A DNA stretch of 62,912 nucleotides, the filler included, from Craspedostauros australis (taxonomy: Eukaryota), in the NCBI GenBank assembly GCA_030167865.1. It is 9 parts of 9 records of this genome, joined end to end, with 100 filler letters (N's around TTAATTAATTAA, not from the genome) between each part and the next. Parts side by side here need not be neighbours in the genome. Positions count along the whole stretch, not along the records: positions 33,582 to 39,275 come from JALAGF010000787.1; positions 39,376 to 60,127 come from JALAGF010000788.1; 7 more parts are not named here. One strand, given 5' to 3'. Below the pieces are notes generated by a model, which saw nothing but the letters and a program-made list of their open reading frames with translations, had not been told where the DNA came from and did no database searches. The position numbers and the translations under genes are program-made. Below, piece after piece: positions 35,567-48,253 of this stretch (position 1 is its first letter; the number at the start of each line of letters is the position of its first letter).

Positions 35567-37072
35567 ATGACGACGACAGCGACGACGACGACGATGACGG
35601 GATCCGCAAGCACGAAGGCCAGCCTGGTGATATGCAGTTTGGTCCTTGTTGCCATTGCAACGTGGAGCAGCGAGAGATGGATGCTGGCTCCTTTTCGCGC
35701 TCTGCAGTCAACGAATACCCTGCAGCAGTCTGCCCGCGATGCAACTGTGTTGGATGCTATCAAAGCAGATGACGCGAGGGATGCCGCCGATGCGATTGTG
35801 GATGGGGCTGTTGTTGCAGAAACCACCACAAGCACAGTCGCAGCCACAGCTGCAGCCACAGAAACCGCCAATGCTGCCGCTGTTCCTTCAGAGACCGCCG
35901 AGCAGACGAGCGATGAAGCACCCACAGAAAGGCTGCCCGTGCGCACGGAGACGAGGATAGACAGGTACTGCCTCGGTACGGAATACGACGAGCCGCGCAC
36001 GGTGCAGTACGATCCCGATGTGACGCTCGATCTCAAGGTCCCATTCTACGTCTACGACAACGAGCTCAACATGGCCAACATGACGTCGTGCGGCGAGCCC
36101 ATCGGCAGATCGTGGTATACGTACTTCAAGCACGCCGACGACTACTGGCTGCTGCAGAGCGCGCTGGTGCATCCCATGCGCACGCACGATCCCGAGGAGG
36201 CCAAGCTCTTCTTCGTGCCGACGTTGATGAACGCGCTGTGCGATTCCTTCATTTGGTATAATCGATATTACTGCATCCATGATGGCAAGACGTGCTTCGA
36301 TAAGACGGTGTCGCCGCATGTGGGCTTCGACTGGGTCGATCAGGCGCTGGGGCGCTCCGAATACTTCCAACGATCCAAGGGCGCGGACCACATCCTCGTG
36401 CTGTCGCATTACTTGACGCAAAACATCGGCCCGTTCTTCATGGACCTGGAGAATCTGATGCTGTGCAACCGCATCACGTTCCACAACTTCGCGCAACGAC
36501 GTGAGAACAGCCAACTACCCCCGCGCTTGGAAATGCCGCATCTCTACATCGCCAACAAGGACGGCTGCAAACCCACAACGCCGGGCCAAAAGAATGCCGA
36601 TTTCGCCATGATCGCCAGCCTCAAACCGCACGATCCCAACTTCCGCGATCGCAGCAACGTCTGCAACTGGCTCAAGGACGGCAACTACTCCTACGACGTC
36701 TGCGGCAAAGGCGACATGTGTCCCTACCTCGCCGACGCCAAATTCGGTCTCCACGTGCGCGGCGATGACGTCGGCGCCCACCGCCCCTTCGAAACGGTCG
36801 CCAGCGGCACGGTGCCCCTCTTCACGTTGATGGAACAGTACGACCTCATGCCGCCATTCGCGCCGTTCGAGGAAATGAGCTTCTTCGTCAACGTCTCGAC
36901 GCCGGAGACGTTCCATGCGTCGTTGCAGGCCGTGCTGGCCGTGTCGGACGAGGAATACAATGCCAAGTTGGCCGCCATTGCGAAGTACGCCAACTTCGTT
37001 GACGTCAAGACGGGGGTTCCCTTTGATGCGTACATGACACATTTCGCGCGGGGGTTGAAGTTGCAAGACTGA
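35567..37072 (+). CDS. Exostosin-family (GT47) glycosyltransferase, type II membrane protein (501 aa)
   Basis: FYVYD, RTHDPEEAKLFFVP, YFQRSKGADHILV, AKFGLHVRGDD and ASGTVP motifs; N-terminal TM and Ala/Thr stem. Confidence 0.9.
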   Translation: MTTTATTTTMTGSASTKASLVICSLVLVAIATWSSERWMLAPFRALQSTNTLQQSARDATVLDAIKADDARDAADAIVDGAVVAETTTSTVAATAAATETANAAAVPSETAEQTSDEAPTERLPVRTETRIDRYCLGTEYDEPRTVQYDPDVTLDLKVPFYVYDNELNMANMTSCGEPIGRSWYTYFKHADDYWLLQSALVHPMRTHDPEEAKLFFVPTLMNALCDSFIWYNRYYCIHDGKTCFDKTVSPHVGFDWVDQALGRSEYFQRSKGADHILVLSHYLTQNIGPFFMDLENLMLCNRITFHNFAQRRENSQLPPRLEMPHLYIANKDGCKPTTPGQKNADFAMIASLKPHDPNFRDRSNVCNWLKDGNYSYDVCGKGDMCPYLADAKFGLHVRGDDVGAHRPFETVASGTVPLFTLMEQYDLMPPFAPFEEMSFFVNVSTPETFHASLQAVLAVSDEEYNAKLAAIAKYANFVDVKTGVPFDAYMTHFARGLKLQD

Positions 37073-38161
37073 GTAGAGGAGGTTGTGTGGTGTGTATGTG
37101 ATACTGTAGGTACATATAATGAACATATTAGTAGCAGTAGGAGTGGACTTTCGCTTGATTCGTTATATTAGACGTAAAATGAAAGTACAGAAGTAGTTGT
37201 TCGCGAGTGCGACAACAGACATCGAACAGATGCCGACGCAGAAAGCGAACACGACAACGCACAAAATCATCATCATGAGAGAAAGGCACCACCCACCAAT
37301 TCTCGCAGAATCCGCAACAACGAGAAAGGCAGGAAGCGCGCCAAAGTGCCATCGGATTGCATCGTGGATCATCTTCGCAGAAGCAGGTCGCACAAGTGCA
37401 GCACAAGTGCAGCACAAGTACAGCACAGTACGAGGCAAGGGTGACACGGACAGAGGGAGCAGCGACGATACCAGGTGAGGCAAGCAGAGGGGCACAAAAA
37501 CGCAAGTCTCAGCAACAAAAGAAGGCACCGCTGACAGCAAGAGCCACGATTTCCCCCTCTCCCTCTCTATTCTCGCTGGGCCGTCCCATCTGCCAAGCTG
37601 ACGTCGTCTTCGACTCGAACGACGTGGGTCGGCGTCGTGCTTCTGTGCACGTCCCTGCCGCTCGTCGTTGCGTTGGCATCGCTGTTGGCTCCGCTCGGTG
37701 CAAGATCGTTCGCAGCACTGCGGGCCGCATCGGTCTCGGAATTCGCGCCGGCCTTGGAGGAAGTCTTGGCCTCCGAACTGGATCTGCTGGACGCGTTTGA
37801 GATCCAGGCCAAGCAGATCCCGCGCAGGTCGCAGCAGGCGCAGACCGGCATCGTCCTGCAGTGCAATCCGGCCAATTCGAGGTTGCAGCAGTTCGTCCAG
37901 CCGACTTGGCAACGCCAGCGCCATCTGCCGCATTTGGCGCATCACGACTTCATTCCCACAGCTTCCACGGTCCATTCCGCACATATCGGTTTCACCGCAA
38001 CTCCCCATCGATTCAACACGTGCGAAGGCGGCAACAACATTGCGGAGCCTCCTTATACCAACAATTATATCAACAATCAAGCAGGTGCAGAGATTGCAAC
38101 TCACGGGCACGAGAAGCCAAAGGCGATCGATCTGGCCAAGATCCTGCGCACGCACAGCAGC

Positions 38162-39275
38162 ATGGCGAGCCTCACGCCCCTCACGACGAACGACCGCGAC
38201 GACAAGTTCTACAAACGCCTGCAGCGAAACTACGAGACGGTGCAAGCGTGGGATGCGAGTCCCGAGCTGCTGCAGCAACGCCGCGAGGAGCTGCCGTGGG
38301 AGTTCCTGCGCACGGGCCATGGCATGCCGGACCTCGATGGCACCGTCGCCGAGCAGCACAAGGGTCATTCGCATCTGGTCGCGCTGCAGCGCCTCGTGCG
38401 GTGGTTCCAACAGTCCATGACGTGGGTCAACACGCCGCCGTGCGTGGATTGCGGGTCGGCCAACTGCAAGCTGGAGAAGATACGCGGCCCCGTCACGCAG
38501 GAAGAGCGCATGCATCAGGCCAACCGCGTCGAGGTCTATCGCTGCGGCGACTGCAACTCCACCAACACCATCTTTCCAAGGTACAACAACGTCACCAAAC
38601 TCTGCGAAACGCGCAAGGGCCGTTGCGGGGAGTACGCCAACCTATTCGGCCTCACGTGCCGCGCGGCGGGATTTGAGACGCGCTACGTCCTGGACGTCAC
38701 GGACCACGTCTGGACGGAGTGCTACATTCCCTCGTTGGAAGAGTGGGTCATGGCCGACGGCTGCGAGGGCATCATCAACGAACCCGGCATGTACGAACAC
38801 GGCTGGGGCAAGCAGGGTCTGTGCTACATGATCGCCATGGGCATCGATCACATCCTCGACGTCACACCACGTTACACGCGCAACTTCCTGACGCCCGCAT
38901 TGCAGGCCGCGCGCCGCAATCACACGTCGTCCGAGTTGGTCAGCACGCGGCTGCTGGATCATTTCAACGCGACCTTGCAAAACAATTTGACGCAAGCGCG
39001 GCGCGATGAGCTCCACGTGCGGCGGCAACGCGAGATGCGGGCCCTGGAGGTGTGCCAGCAATCGACGGCGTGGGATCGGCAGCAGCAGTACAATTTGGGA
39101 CGCATCAGCGGATCGCTGGAGTGGAAGCAGTCGCGGTCGGAAGATGGGGGCCAGGCCTCGCACGAGGATGAGGATCACGGTGCGAAGATTTACGGATTTC
39201 AAGTCGAATCCTTCGTGCCGCAGCAAATGATGACGGCGGAATCCAAAAAGACCATCACGTTGTCCGTGCATCATC
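38162..39275 (+). CDS. PNG1: Peptide:N-glycanase (PNGase), 3' truncated by a gap
   Basis: LVRWFQ.SMTWVN; Zn ligands CVDC and CGDC; FPRYNN...TRKGRCGEYAN (catalytic Cys); DHVWTE (His); DGCE (Asp); YEHGWGK; DVTPRY. Confidence 0.93.
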
Positions 39276-39775
39276 NNNNNNNNNNNNNNNNNNNNNNNNN
39301 NNNNNNNNNNNNNNNNNNNTTAATTAATTAANNNNNNNNNNNNNNNNNNNNNNNNNNNNNNNNNNNNNNNNNNNNTGGAGGTCGGAATGATATTTGACCA
39401 CTCGGATCCCCAATTTCGGTGGCAAGTTTGGAGAAATCTGGTTCCAACACCTGCGTCATCGTGACGTCAGCGATGGTTGGAACACTTCTTTGGACCAATC
39501 AGAATAAGAAAACATGGCAATCAGAAGCCAAAAACGTCCGTGAATGATGGGGGTGCTTGATGAATGGCATCAGTGCTCACCGAGCAAGAGAGCAACAGAC
39601 ACCAAACTTTAGTTTTGTATATATAAACGCCATATGATGCTACTATAGAGAGACGAGTACAGGATGGTCCATACGAGCTAAGTCCGGAGAGTTTAACTTT
39701 GGTTGATGCTGTTTTTGGCCTTTTTTGTTCGGGACTTACGTAGAACGTGTACCACGATCTACACGACATTATTCT

Positions 39776-39819
39776 TGTAACCAACTGTAACCAACTGTAA
39801 CCAAAAAAATTGGTTACAG
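39776..39819 (+). repeat. Three direct TGTAACCAA repeats plus one inverted copy forming a hairpin
   Basis: TGTAACCAA at 39776, 39786 and 39796; TTGGTTACA at 39810-39818. Confidence 0.85.
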
Positions 39820-42800
39820 CCGGCTCTTTGAGGCACTAGTAGTCAACCGCTCTGCCATTTCAGAGCCGAGGGATTGGTTCGCAAATCGCCGAAGGACGGT
39901 GGCAACACGTAACGTGGTGAGACAACAGCAACAGGAAGAGAGATAGAAGGAGAGGAACTGCGACAGCAACGACAGCGCCGGCAACAGGAAGAGAGTGGAA
40001 CAGCAGAAACATCCATACGACGACGTACCAAATGTAGCTCGCTTGCTCGACCATAATCGTAATCGTAGTCGCACTTTGCGCACTCTGCTCCGCTGCCCAA
40101 CGGTACCAAAGCCGACAGCGGCAACAACAACACAGGATGACGAGTAGACTCGCGAGGGAAGGATGACAAGAAGACAGGCGCAAAGGACGAGGGCCCAACA
40201 TTCCAGCGAACTGCAATTGACACGATGATCAGTTCCCGTCCTCTCCGCACTACTAAAGTTGTGCCATCCCATGGATGAAAGCGCCATTTGATGTTGGTCG
40301 ACGTGTTTCCTGTTTCGCCCGCTCTTCTGCCTGTACGTGCGCTTTTGCGAGTATGGAGGAGTGTCGTGACAGAAACCTCGACAACCTGATCCTTGTCATT
40401 GGTGCCGCGCATTCCCGCAGACTGTGTCCAAAAACTTCCAGACAGGCATTGAATTGTACCTCCCGGATCGGTCATTGGAGAGCGCGAGTAGCGCTCGTAT
40501 TCTTGTACTCTTAGCCGCAACAACAAGTTCTTGCAGCAACGTCACAGACGCACTCCAGCTTGTGCATTCGACTCGACGCGGCAAGGAATACCCCGCAGCA
40601 TCCCCATTTCAACTACTTCGTGTTTCGCGAGGATGCACAAAATGGCGATCCAGGTACATACCTACGAGCCATACGAATCATGGTTGACGACATGTTTTGA
40701 TAATTCTCCGTGTTTCTACCGGTGGTAGGAATCGCTCGTGGGCGGAGCCGTTGGGCTATTGTGAAGCCACCTTCTGAGCGGGGATGACCTAAATGCCGTT
40801 TCGCCACCCATCGAATATTAACGGTTTCGACGCGGCGGTTTTTTTGCGTTCCGATGACAAAGTTTATACCTCTGCACGTTGACACTAACCACTTATTGCA
40901 TCACGAATGACCATGCATTCTCTGGATGGTTCGTAGCGGCGTCATCTACGTACGTGTCTACAGGCCAAAAGGGCAGCACAAACACATCTTTCGGGCACAA
41001 GCACCGTCCTCAACGACCGGAGAATAGTGATGTGCGTGGTGTGCCTGGCTGTGCTGCGTGAGCGCTGTGCTGTGTGGATGAGCAGTGTTGGCGTTTTCTG
41101 AGCGTTTGGCCACTACAGGGCAGAACGTCAATGATGGTAATGACAAACAACGAACGGACGTTGGTGCTGAAGCACCGTGGGGCCCTTTCGCATCGCGTGT
41201 TAGTAAGAAGGCACCAACCGTGCGAGGGATGAGCACACCACACGTGGACGGCGCCTCTCTCCCAATTCATACCAAAAAGAGGTTACTTCAACACGAAGGT
41301 ACCGCACACAGAAGTGCTACGGCAAAGACGGAGCACATACAACAGGTAACAGACAACACAAACAACAAACAGCTCAGACAGCACAGACACGAACCCGCCA
41401 CGGAGGCCAAGAAGAGTAGAGCAGAGCAGAGCAGAGTAGACCTGAGTCGAGCAAAGGGGAACGGAGGAAACACAAACTCCATCACCAGGGCCTTCGTTGT
41501 CTCGTGATCGTCGTCGTGACCATCGTTGTCTTGGTTGTCGTTGTCTTGATTGTCGCGGCTCCGACATCATCCACGCCAAAGCCCAACCTTTCGCCATCAT
41601 CGTCGTCGCTGCGGATTGTCGCTCGGCCATTCTTCCATCCTTCATCCACCGCACCACACGGCACCGCGCCAAACGAAACGAAACGAAGCAACCAGCGTCC
41701 ACATTCGAATCCAGCCCAGCCAAGCAGAGGGGTGCCGCGAGGAAGCAAACAAGCAAGTAACTCGCTATTCAGCCTCTCTTGTGGTGTAAAGCTCTACCTT
41801 TATTCTTGGGAATCACACACACACACAATCGGACTCGCACGGTGCACATTTGCGTCTACAACACAGATTCGAACAGGACGAAATCGGCAGAGGCAACAAC
41901 GACGGCAACAACGACAGCAAAAGTACCACATTGACTCAACAGCCACATCAGGAGGACCAACATCGGCAGGGCAAGGAATACAAGCAGAGTACTCAAGTCA
42001 GCTCAAGTCAGCTCAACTCAACACAAGCACACACACATCCAATACCCAATACCCACGGACAAAGGGAGATACTGGTGCGTCCACCAAGAACAGCCAAACA
42101 CACTCAAACGGCGCTTGATCGCACTCTCAGTGCTATGCTGTTGCTGCTGCTGTTCGATTCAATTGCTTCATTGCATACATTCGGGATGTGGTGAATGGAG
42201 AATTGCTTGGCTACACAACCACGAAACAGCCTTGATCTGGGGTCGTATCCACGAGTGTCGTCAGCTCATCGTTGGCCGGACACCACAGGCTAATGAATCC
42301 GTTTGTTGGCCACTCGGGATGTAACTGTCCACCGCCCAATGTCATAACTCACAACTCCTCAACTCCCTTGCACATCGATATCTGTCACTTGGGTTACCAC
42401 GCGCGATGTCGTCTCATGTCTGCGTTGCTGGACTTTGGCGATCATGGCATCGTATTGCATCACATTGCATTGCATCACACGGCGCCGCAACGCATCACAT
42501 GCTACTGCCTGTATGCAACGCGTGGCACTTGGAACGAATGCATCACCCACAAACAACGCACTCACACACACGCACACGCACACGCACACACATGTGCACA
42601 TTCGTCCGTCCGTGCCATCCATCGACGCATGTTATGGCGCGTTGCGATTATGGTACGTTCTGGGTGGGCTGTGGGCGTCCGTTGCTCGAAATCCACCTTC
42701 ATCATCAAAACTGTTGGCTGCGCACGTTGTCGGCCATTCTTTTTGCACTTTGGTCACAAACATCTTCGCGACTGCGCGCACGACTGTTACCGTAACCGTT

Positions 42801-43396
42801 CTCGTGTTCGTTCCCACTCACGTTCGTGATGATACTGCCTGTGCCTCTCTTCTGCACAAACGCAATCTGCTTTCCCTTGTTTCTCATGGTCCATCGCCTT
42901 CTACTCGACTCATGCCCCCATCATACTCGTATGCACCATGCCATACATGTACTCAATGCATCATACTCTCCACAACCCACTTGTGGCAATAGGTCGACCA
43001 TCACAAACACAAACACATGCACACACACAAACACGCATTCGCCAACATATACTCCGCAACCACTCTGCAACCACTCTGCAACTTCCATTGCTCGTACGCC
43101 ACACACATTCACTCATACAGCAGGCAAGCGGATCCGCAGGTCAACATAACCACTGTGGTTCCGACTCCGTCGAATGGGTGCGCGGTCTGTAGGAACAAGC
43201 CACTTTTGTTGCTCCAGTTTGCTTCGTTCCCTTCCGCTCTGGTCTGTTTCAAGGGTCAGCCCGATCAGCCGACAGGCCTTGGAACAAACCGAATCGAAGA
43301 AGGACGAAGAGGAGCGCATTTTTTCCATCGATCGATCCATCCATCCCTGCATCCACCCTCAATCTCGATCAGTGAGGAAAACTACGACCAATCATC

Positions 43397-46300
43397 ATGG
43401 TGGGGAATTCACCAGTGAAATACAAGAAGGCCCCACAGGCACCCAGGCGTTTCAAATCTTCCTACATGTTCTTCTCCAGCGAGAAGCATAAGCAGATACG
43501 GAAGGAGCTGTTGGAGAAGAATGAAATGGAAAAGGTACGTCACATCATCGCATGCCCAGCGACATTCGATGGGACAGATTGTTTCTTGATGGCAACAATC
43601 GTTTTGACCTTTGTCGCGATCTGCTTGCGCATGCCAATCAATCGCTTTAGGCGCACCAAGATCTCCCTGCGCGCGTTCATCGGGGTTTGTGCTTACGGGT
43701 GCGTTTGCTTTGCGTTGATGTTTGTGTCAAGAAATACACACAGACCTGGACGATGAAAGATTCCGGGACGACCCAAATCGCGACACATTCTCGAAACCAG
43801 CTGTCGTGTCGCCAAGCACCGATACCCACGCGCAAAAGCACGAACACGCACAAGAACATCAGTCCGCAAACCACGTAGCGTTCACACTTGGCGTATTTGC
43901 GCATACTGATGACATCCTCGCATGGACGAACACCCCACTTGCACTTTTACTCGCACTTACGCTTGTACTCGCACATGTGCGATACAATACAATGCAATTC
44001 AATGCACTACTTATTCACTACGTCTCACAATCCACATTCATGTTCCTGTTCCTTCATCACTGCGTCCACATCCACATTTACATCTGTACTTGCCTTGGTG
44101 CATCCTTTCATGTGCTTCTGTTCACATCTGCTCGTACGTGATGACATATCACATTCTACCATGCTCCTTTCATTGCACGTATACATGACATGTACATGCA
44201 CAACCAATCCAATCACTCTACTCTGCATACATATGATGCTCTCCACCTGCGTTTCGCAATCGTGGACGACCGTCTCATTGGCGCCTGCACAATCAATAAA
44301 TCATCGCAAACACAATCGCAAACGCAAACATCTACGCTTGTATCTGCACCTGCATCCGCACTTGCTTTCGGACGATGAAACGAACAGATCCAGACGACTG
44401 ACATCGCCAAGATGGTGTCAGCAGCATGGAAGGCTTTGCCAAGAGACGAGCGTGATCGCTTTGACGAGATGGCGAAGAGGGATAAGGCACGATACGAGGT
44501 GGAAAAGAACATGTACACAGGTCCATGGAAGGTTCCAGCAACGCGACGTCCGTCCAAGGACCCCAACGCACCGAAACGACCCATGTCGGCCTTCTTGGCG
44601 TTTTCCAACTGGAAGCGTCCCGAAGTGAAGCAGCAGCACCCCGGGATTGGTTCGACTGAGATCTCGAGGATACTGGCGACCATGTGGAGAGCAGCCCCAG
44701 AGGAGGAACGCAAGCCATTTATTGAGGAGGAGGAGAAGTTGCGGGAGGCCTACAAGGAACGCGCGGCGGAATTCAGAAAGAAGCGGGACGACAAGAAGCA
44801 AGCGGAACGCAAGCTCCGAGAAGATAACGCTCACCGCATCGCAGAGGCCACGAAAAACGGAAACGTGCCGATCTCGATGTACCTGGGGCATTCGTCACAT
44901 CACGCGCATCAAAATTACTCATCGCACGCAGCTGCTGCACACGCGGGACATCCCGCACATCAGTACAATCCATACCAGCCATACAACAACACCGTGTCGC
45001 AGCGCCCTCCGACGCATGACGGAAGCTCTGGATCAGCCAATGGCGCGTACGCTGCACACCATCATCACACTGCCCCGCTTCCATATGCATCCCACCACGC
45101 TGCTGCTGTCTCCTCCTCGAATGCAAATGCAACAGCGGCGGATGGATCGTTCCTATACTACGGACACCCGTACCACAACGGCAATACCCCCGCTGGAGCT
45201 TCGTACCATCACGATGAATCCGCCTACAATCCTGTGATGCATCATGCTGGGTCGCTACCAATGGACCCGACGGCGTCATCGTCGTCATCGTATCGTGCAG
45301 AGCAGCAGGGGTTCTACTATGGTAATGGCGCTCACAACAACAACGGCAGCAACACCAACAACAATGCGCATCCCAATGGGACGCAGATGGGGAATAACGC
45401 GGGCGGCGGGAGTGGCAACAACGATGTATCAGCAGCCATAGCAGGAGCAGCAGCAGCAGGTATGGAACCCATGCACAAAGATGGGTATGGGAACAGCCAC
45501 GGATATGCTCACGGACATGATTACAGGTCCGGATATGGAGCAATGCAAAACAACTCGCAAGGCCACGATCAACGGCATGACCGAGACGACCATCGTCAAC
45601 CAGGGTACGGTGGTGGCCCATCCTCCCAACACGAGGATCCGGGATCTGCTCACTATCAACCGTACTACCCACCGATCGGAACGAGCGCCTATGGCCCACC
45701 GGCTCCCCCGCCACTGCCGGGATCGATGTCCACGCACCAAGCATCATACGATGGTAAGTACCAGTATCATTCGCATCCACTTCGAGAGGGCTTGTGATCC
45801 AAGTGCGCATACATACGCATTGGATACCCAAGACTCATCTCACTTGGGGATGTATTGAAGCGGTCAGCAATGATATCCGACTCGTAGTAACCGTGCGGTT
45901 GAATTCGTATGCGACGTGGATCGTTCTTGGAGCACAGGTACGGCGCGTTGGAGCTCCACCCTGCACCCTCTCATATTGTCGCTTACCATCCCTTTCCTTC
46001 CCACATGTAATGGTGCTCTCTTGTCACATCGCACATTATGACGCTGCTCAATACCATGCTACTGCTGCTCTGTACCATGTGTCTCATGGCATACGTATCA
46101 CCATCTTGCGTCATTCATCAGATGGTAGCATCCACACCGGCAACAATCACAATGAGAACAATAACATCAGCACCAACAGCAACAGTTCAGGACAACGCAA
46201 TTATTTTCCTGATCACAACTCGATGTTGCACATTGGGGGCAAGTACGGGAATCTACCAGCGGCGGATGATCCCTCGTTCATACACGGCAATGGTACAAAT

Positions 46301-46867
46301 CATCATGGAGGCAACAGCAGAGAGCATTCGTCATCTTCCAACGGCGTTGCACATGTTCATGAAAGGACCCATCCACACCCCTACCACGACCAACAAGACC
46401 ACCGCCAGCAGCTGCATCGATCAAAGGACCATCAGCAGGACTATTTCGCTTCGGGAGCGCGTTATAAAGATGATAATGCTGCCAAGTACGAGGACAACGG
46501 CGATGGCAACAACAACAACCACAACCCTGAGAGTCCTACTCAGGCCCATGACTACAGATTGGCGACGAACGGCAGGCAGGGATCAATTTTGGAACACCAC
46601 GGCATGGATCAGGGTAGGAACATGGGGTTGCTGCCCACTCATCCGCCATCTCCGTTGGCCAGAAGCAACCAAGTTTCGGCGTCCACAGTAGCATCAGCTC
46701 CAAGATCGTTTGAACCGGAACCCATCCATCGTCACGACCAGACGCAAGATGGCCTTGTCGCGTCGGATGCGAATGGTGTATTACTTCCGCAGTATGGCTC
46801 CGAAGAAACGGGATCGCAGGCACCGAACGGTCATGGACCAACAGAATACGACAAACGAAGTTTCTGA
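43397..46867 (+). CDS. Double HMG-box protein with a long low-complexity tail (~749 aa); exons 43397-43534, 44388-45753, 46122-46867
   Basis: Box 1: APRRFKSSYMFF...IAKMVSAAWKAL...DKARYE. Box 2: KDPNAPKRPMSAFLAF...EISRILATMW. GT-AG introns in compatible phases 0 and 1; the third exon is less certain. Confidence 0.85.
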
Positions 46868-48253
46868 ATAGCGTGGCAGCACCAGCATGCCAACAATTCA
46901 CAACCATGCAACCAGTCACCCAGACGAGAAGTGGACAAAGGTCGCTGAAGCAGAGCACAGCGCGCACCTGATTCCAAATGCGTTTTCGGTTTGATCATGA
47001 CCTGCCACAGAGGCATCCACCATACTCTCCGAGTACGATCTAGGCCACACACTGAAGCAGGAATGGACCAAGTGTTCTCTCGTAGTCTCTATCAGTAGAG
47101 AGAGAGAGAGAGTCTGCGGTCTAAATGATAGAGGACTTTCGCAAGGCTCTACACTGGTGCTTGCTAGTACGTTTTTTGATGCAAACACGACGAAGCGTCG
47201 TGCGCTTTGTGCGTTCTCATCTGTTTCCAAGCCAATTAGCCTTCGCACATTTACTCTTCACATAGATGCGCAGAACACGCAAGTTCCTCAATCGGCGTCA
47301 TCAATCATCACGGACAAAACACATTTCCGAACGTGCACATTCGCGATTGTTCGTATCGCCCTTTGTATTACCCCACAACTGCCCCCAAAAGGTGCAAACC
47401 GGACTCTTCGCGATCGGAAACCAGGCCTGCCACCACGGACGCAAGAAATGAAACCGCTTTCGCTGGAGTGGAACAACAGGACACGAATAAGGTCACGAGT
47501 CGAACCAAACTAACTTGTCCATCAAAACGTGTCCAATTTGTTCGCCAGCGAATGCGGGAAACTGGTGATGGTGTCGTACAACTATGCAAATTTTCAAACT
47601 ACACCTAGTAGAAACGAACGGGCAACGTTGCGTCCGATTACTTGTTCGTTCATTGTATGGAGCGTTGTCTGGCTCGATCGGCACTTCAGAGAATGGGGTG
47701 TTTTGATTGGTTCACATGTCCCGTTGAGATGTTCGATCACTTCGACATAATCAAGGGTGTCCCCCTCAATCTTCAGACTTGTTGTGGGTTTCTTTGCAGG
47801 ACTGGATTACAAGACTGGCCGAAAACCGAATCCGACCAATTGGATTGCATTTCGCCCAATGACGGCGAACGACCCAGAAACGCCTTCGCGTTGATGATCG
47901 TTGCGCCAATCGGTCGATCTTCGCTGGTGCTGTCGCGTTCGTTGAGTTTTGCGTTCCGTCAGCAGTCTTGCGCGCGTTTTTACTGTTTGGCAAGATGCGA
48001 ATCCTCCAACCACGACAAACAACACCCAACACGAGTGAAAAGGAGGCGTGGAGCGTTCGTCTCGTTTCATTCATCATTTCAGGTCAGGTCGGACCAACGC
48101 CAGTCCAGGTCTAATACAATACATCCACGCTGCACCTGCAGACGGAGAGATCAGAAGAGCGAGAGAAGCAACAGCAGACACACTCGCAGCAACACTCGTG
48201 CGAGCCTCGTCATTGCACGACAGGCACCACCTATTAAACTATTAAACAGCAAG

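Noticed and set aside
37637..38161. N-terminal extension of PNGase with an apparent signal peptide
   Set aside because: Begins at a non-ATG codon; the first in-frame ATG is at 38162 after an A/C-rich leader. It cannot be supported without transcripts.
37163..38515. 450-aa minus-strand ORF and similar long antisense ORFs (e.g. 23782-24855, 8604-9392, 2330-3097)
   Set aside because: Shadows of GC3-rich genes on the opposite strand, with no domain signal.
39900..43390. Numerous short ORFs upstream of the HMG gene
   Set aside because: Low-complexity, microsatellite-derived translations without codon bias or motifs.
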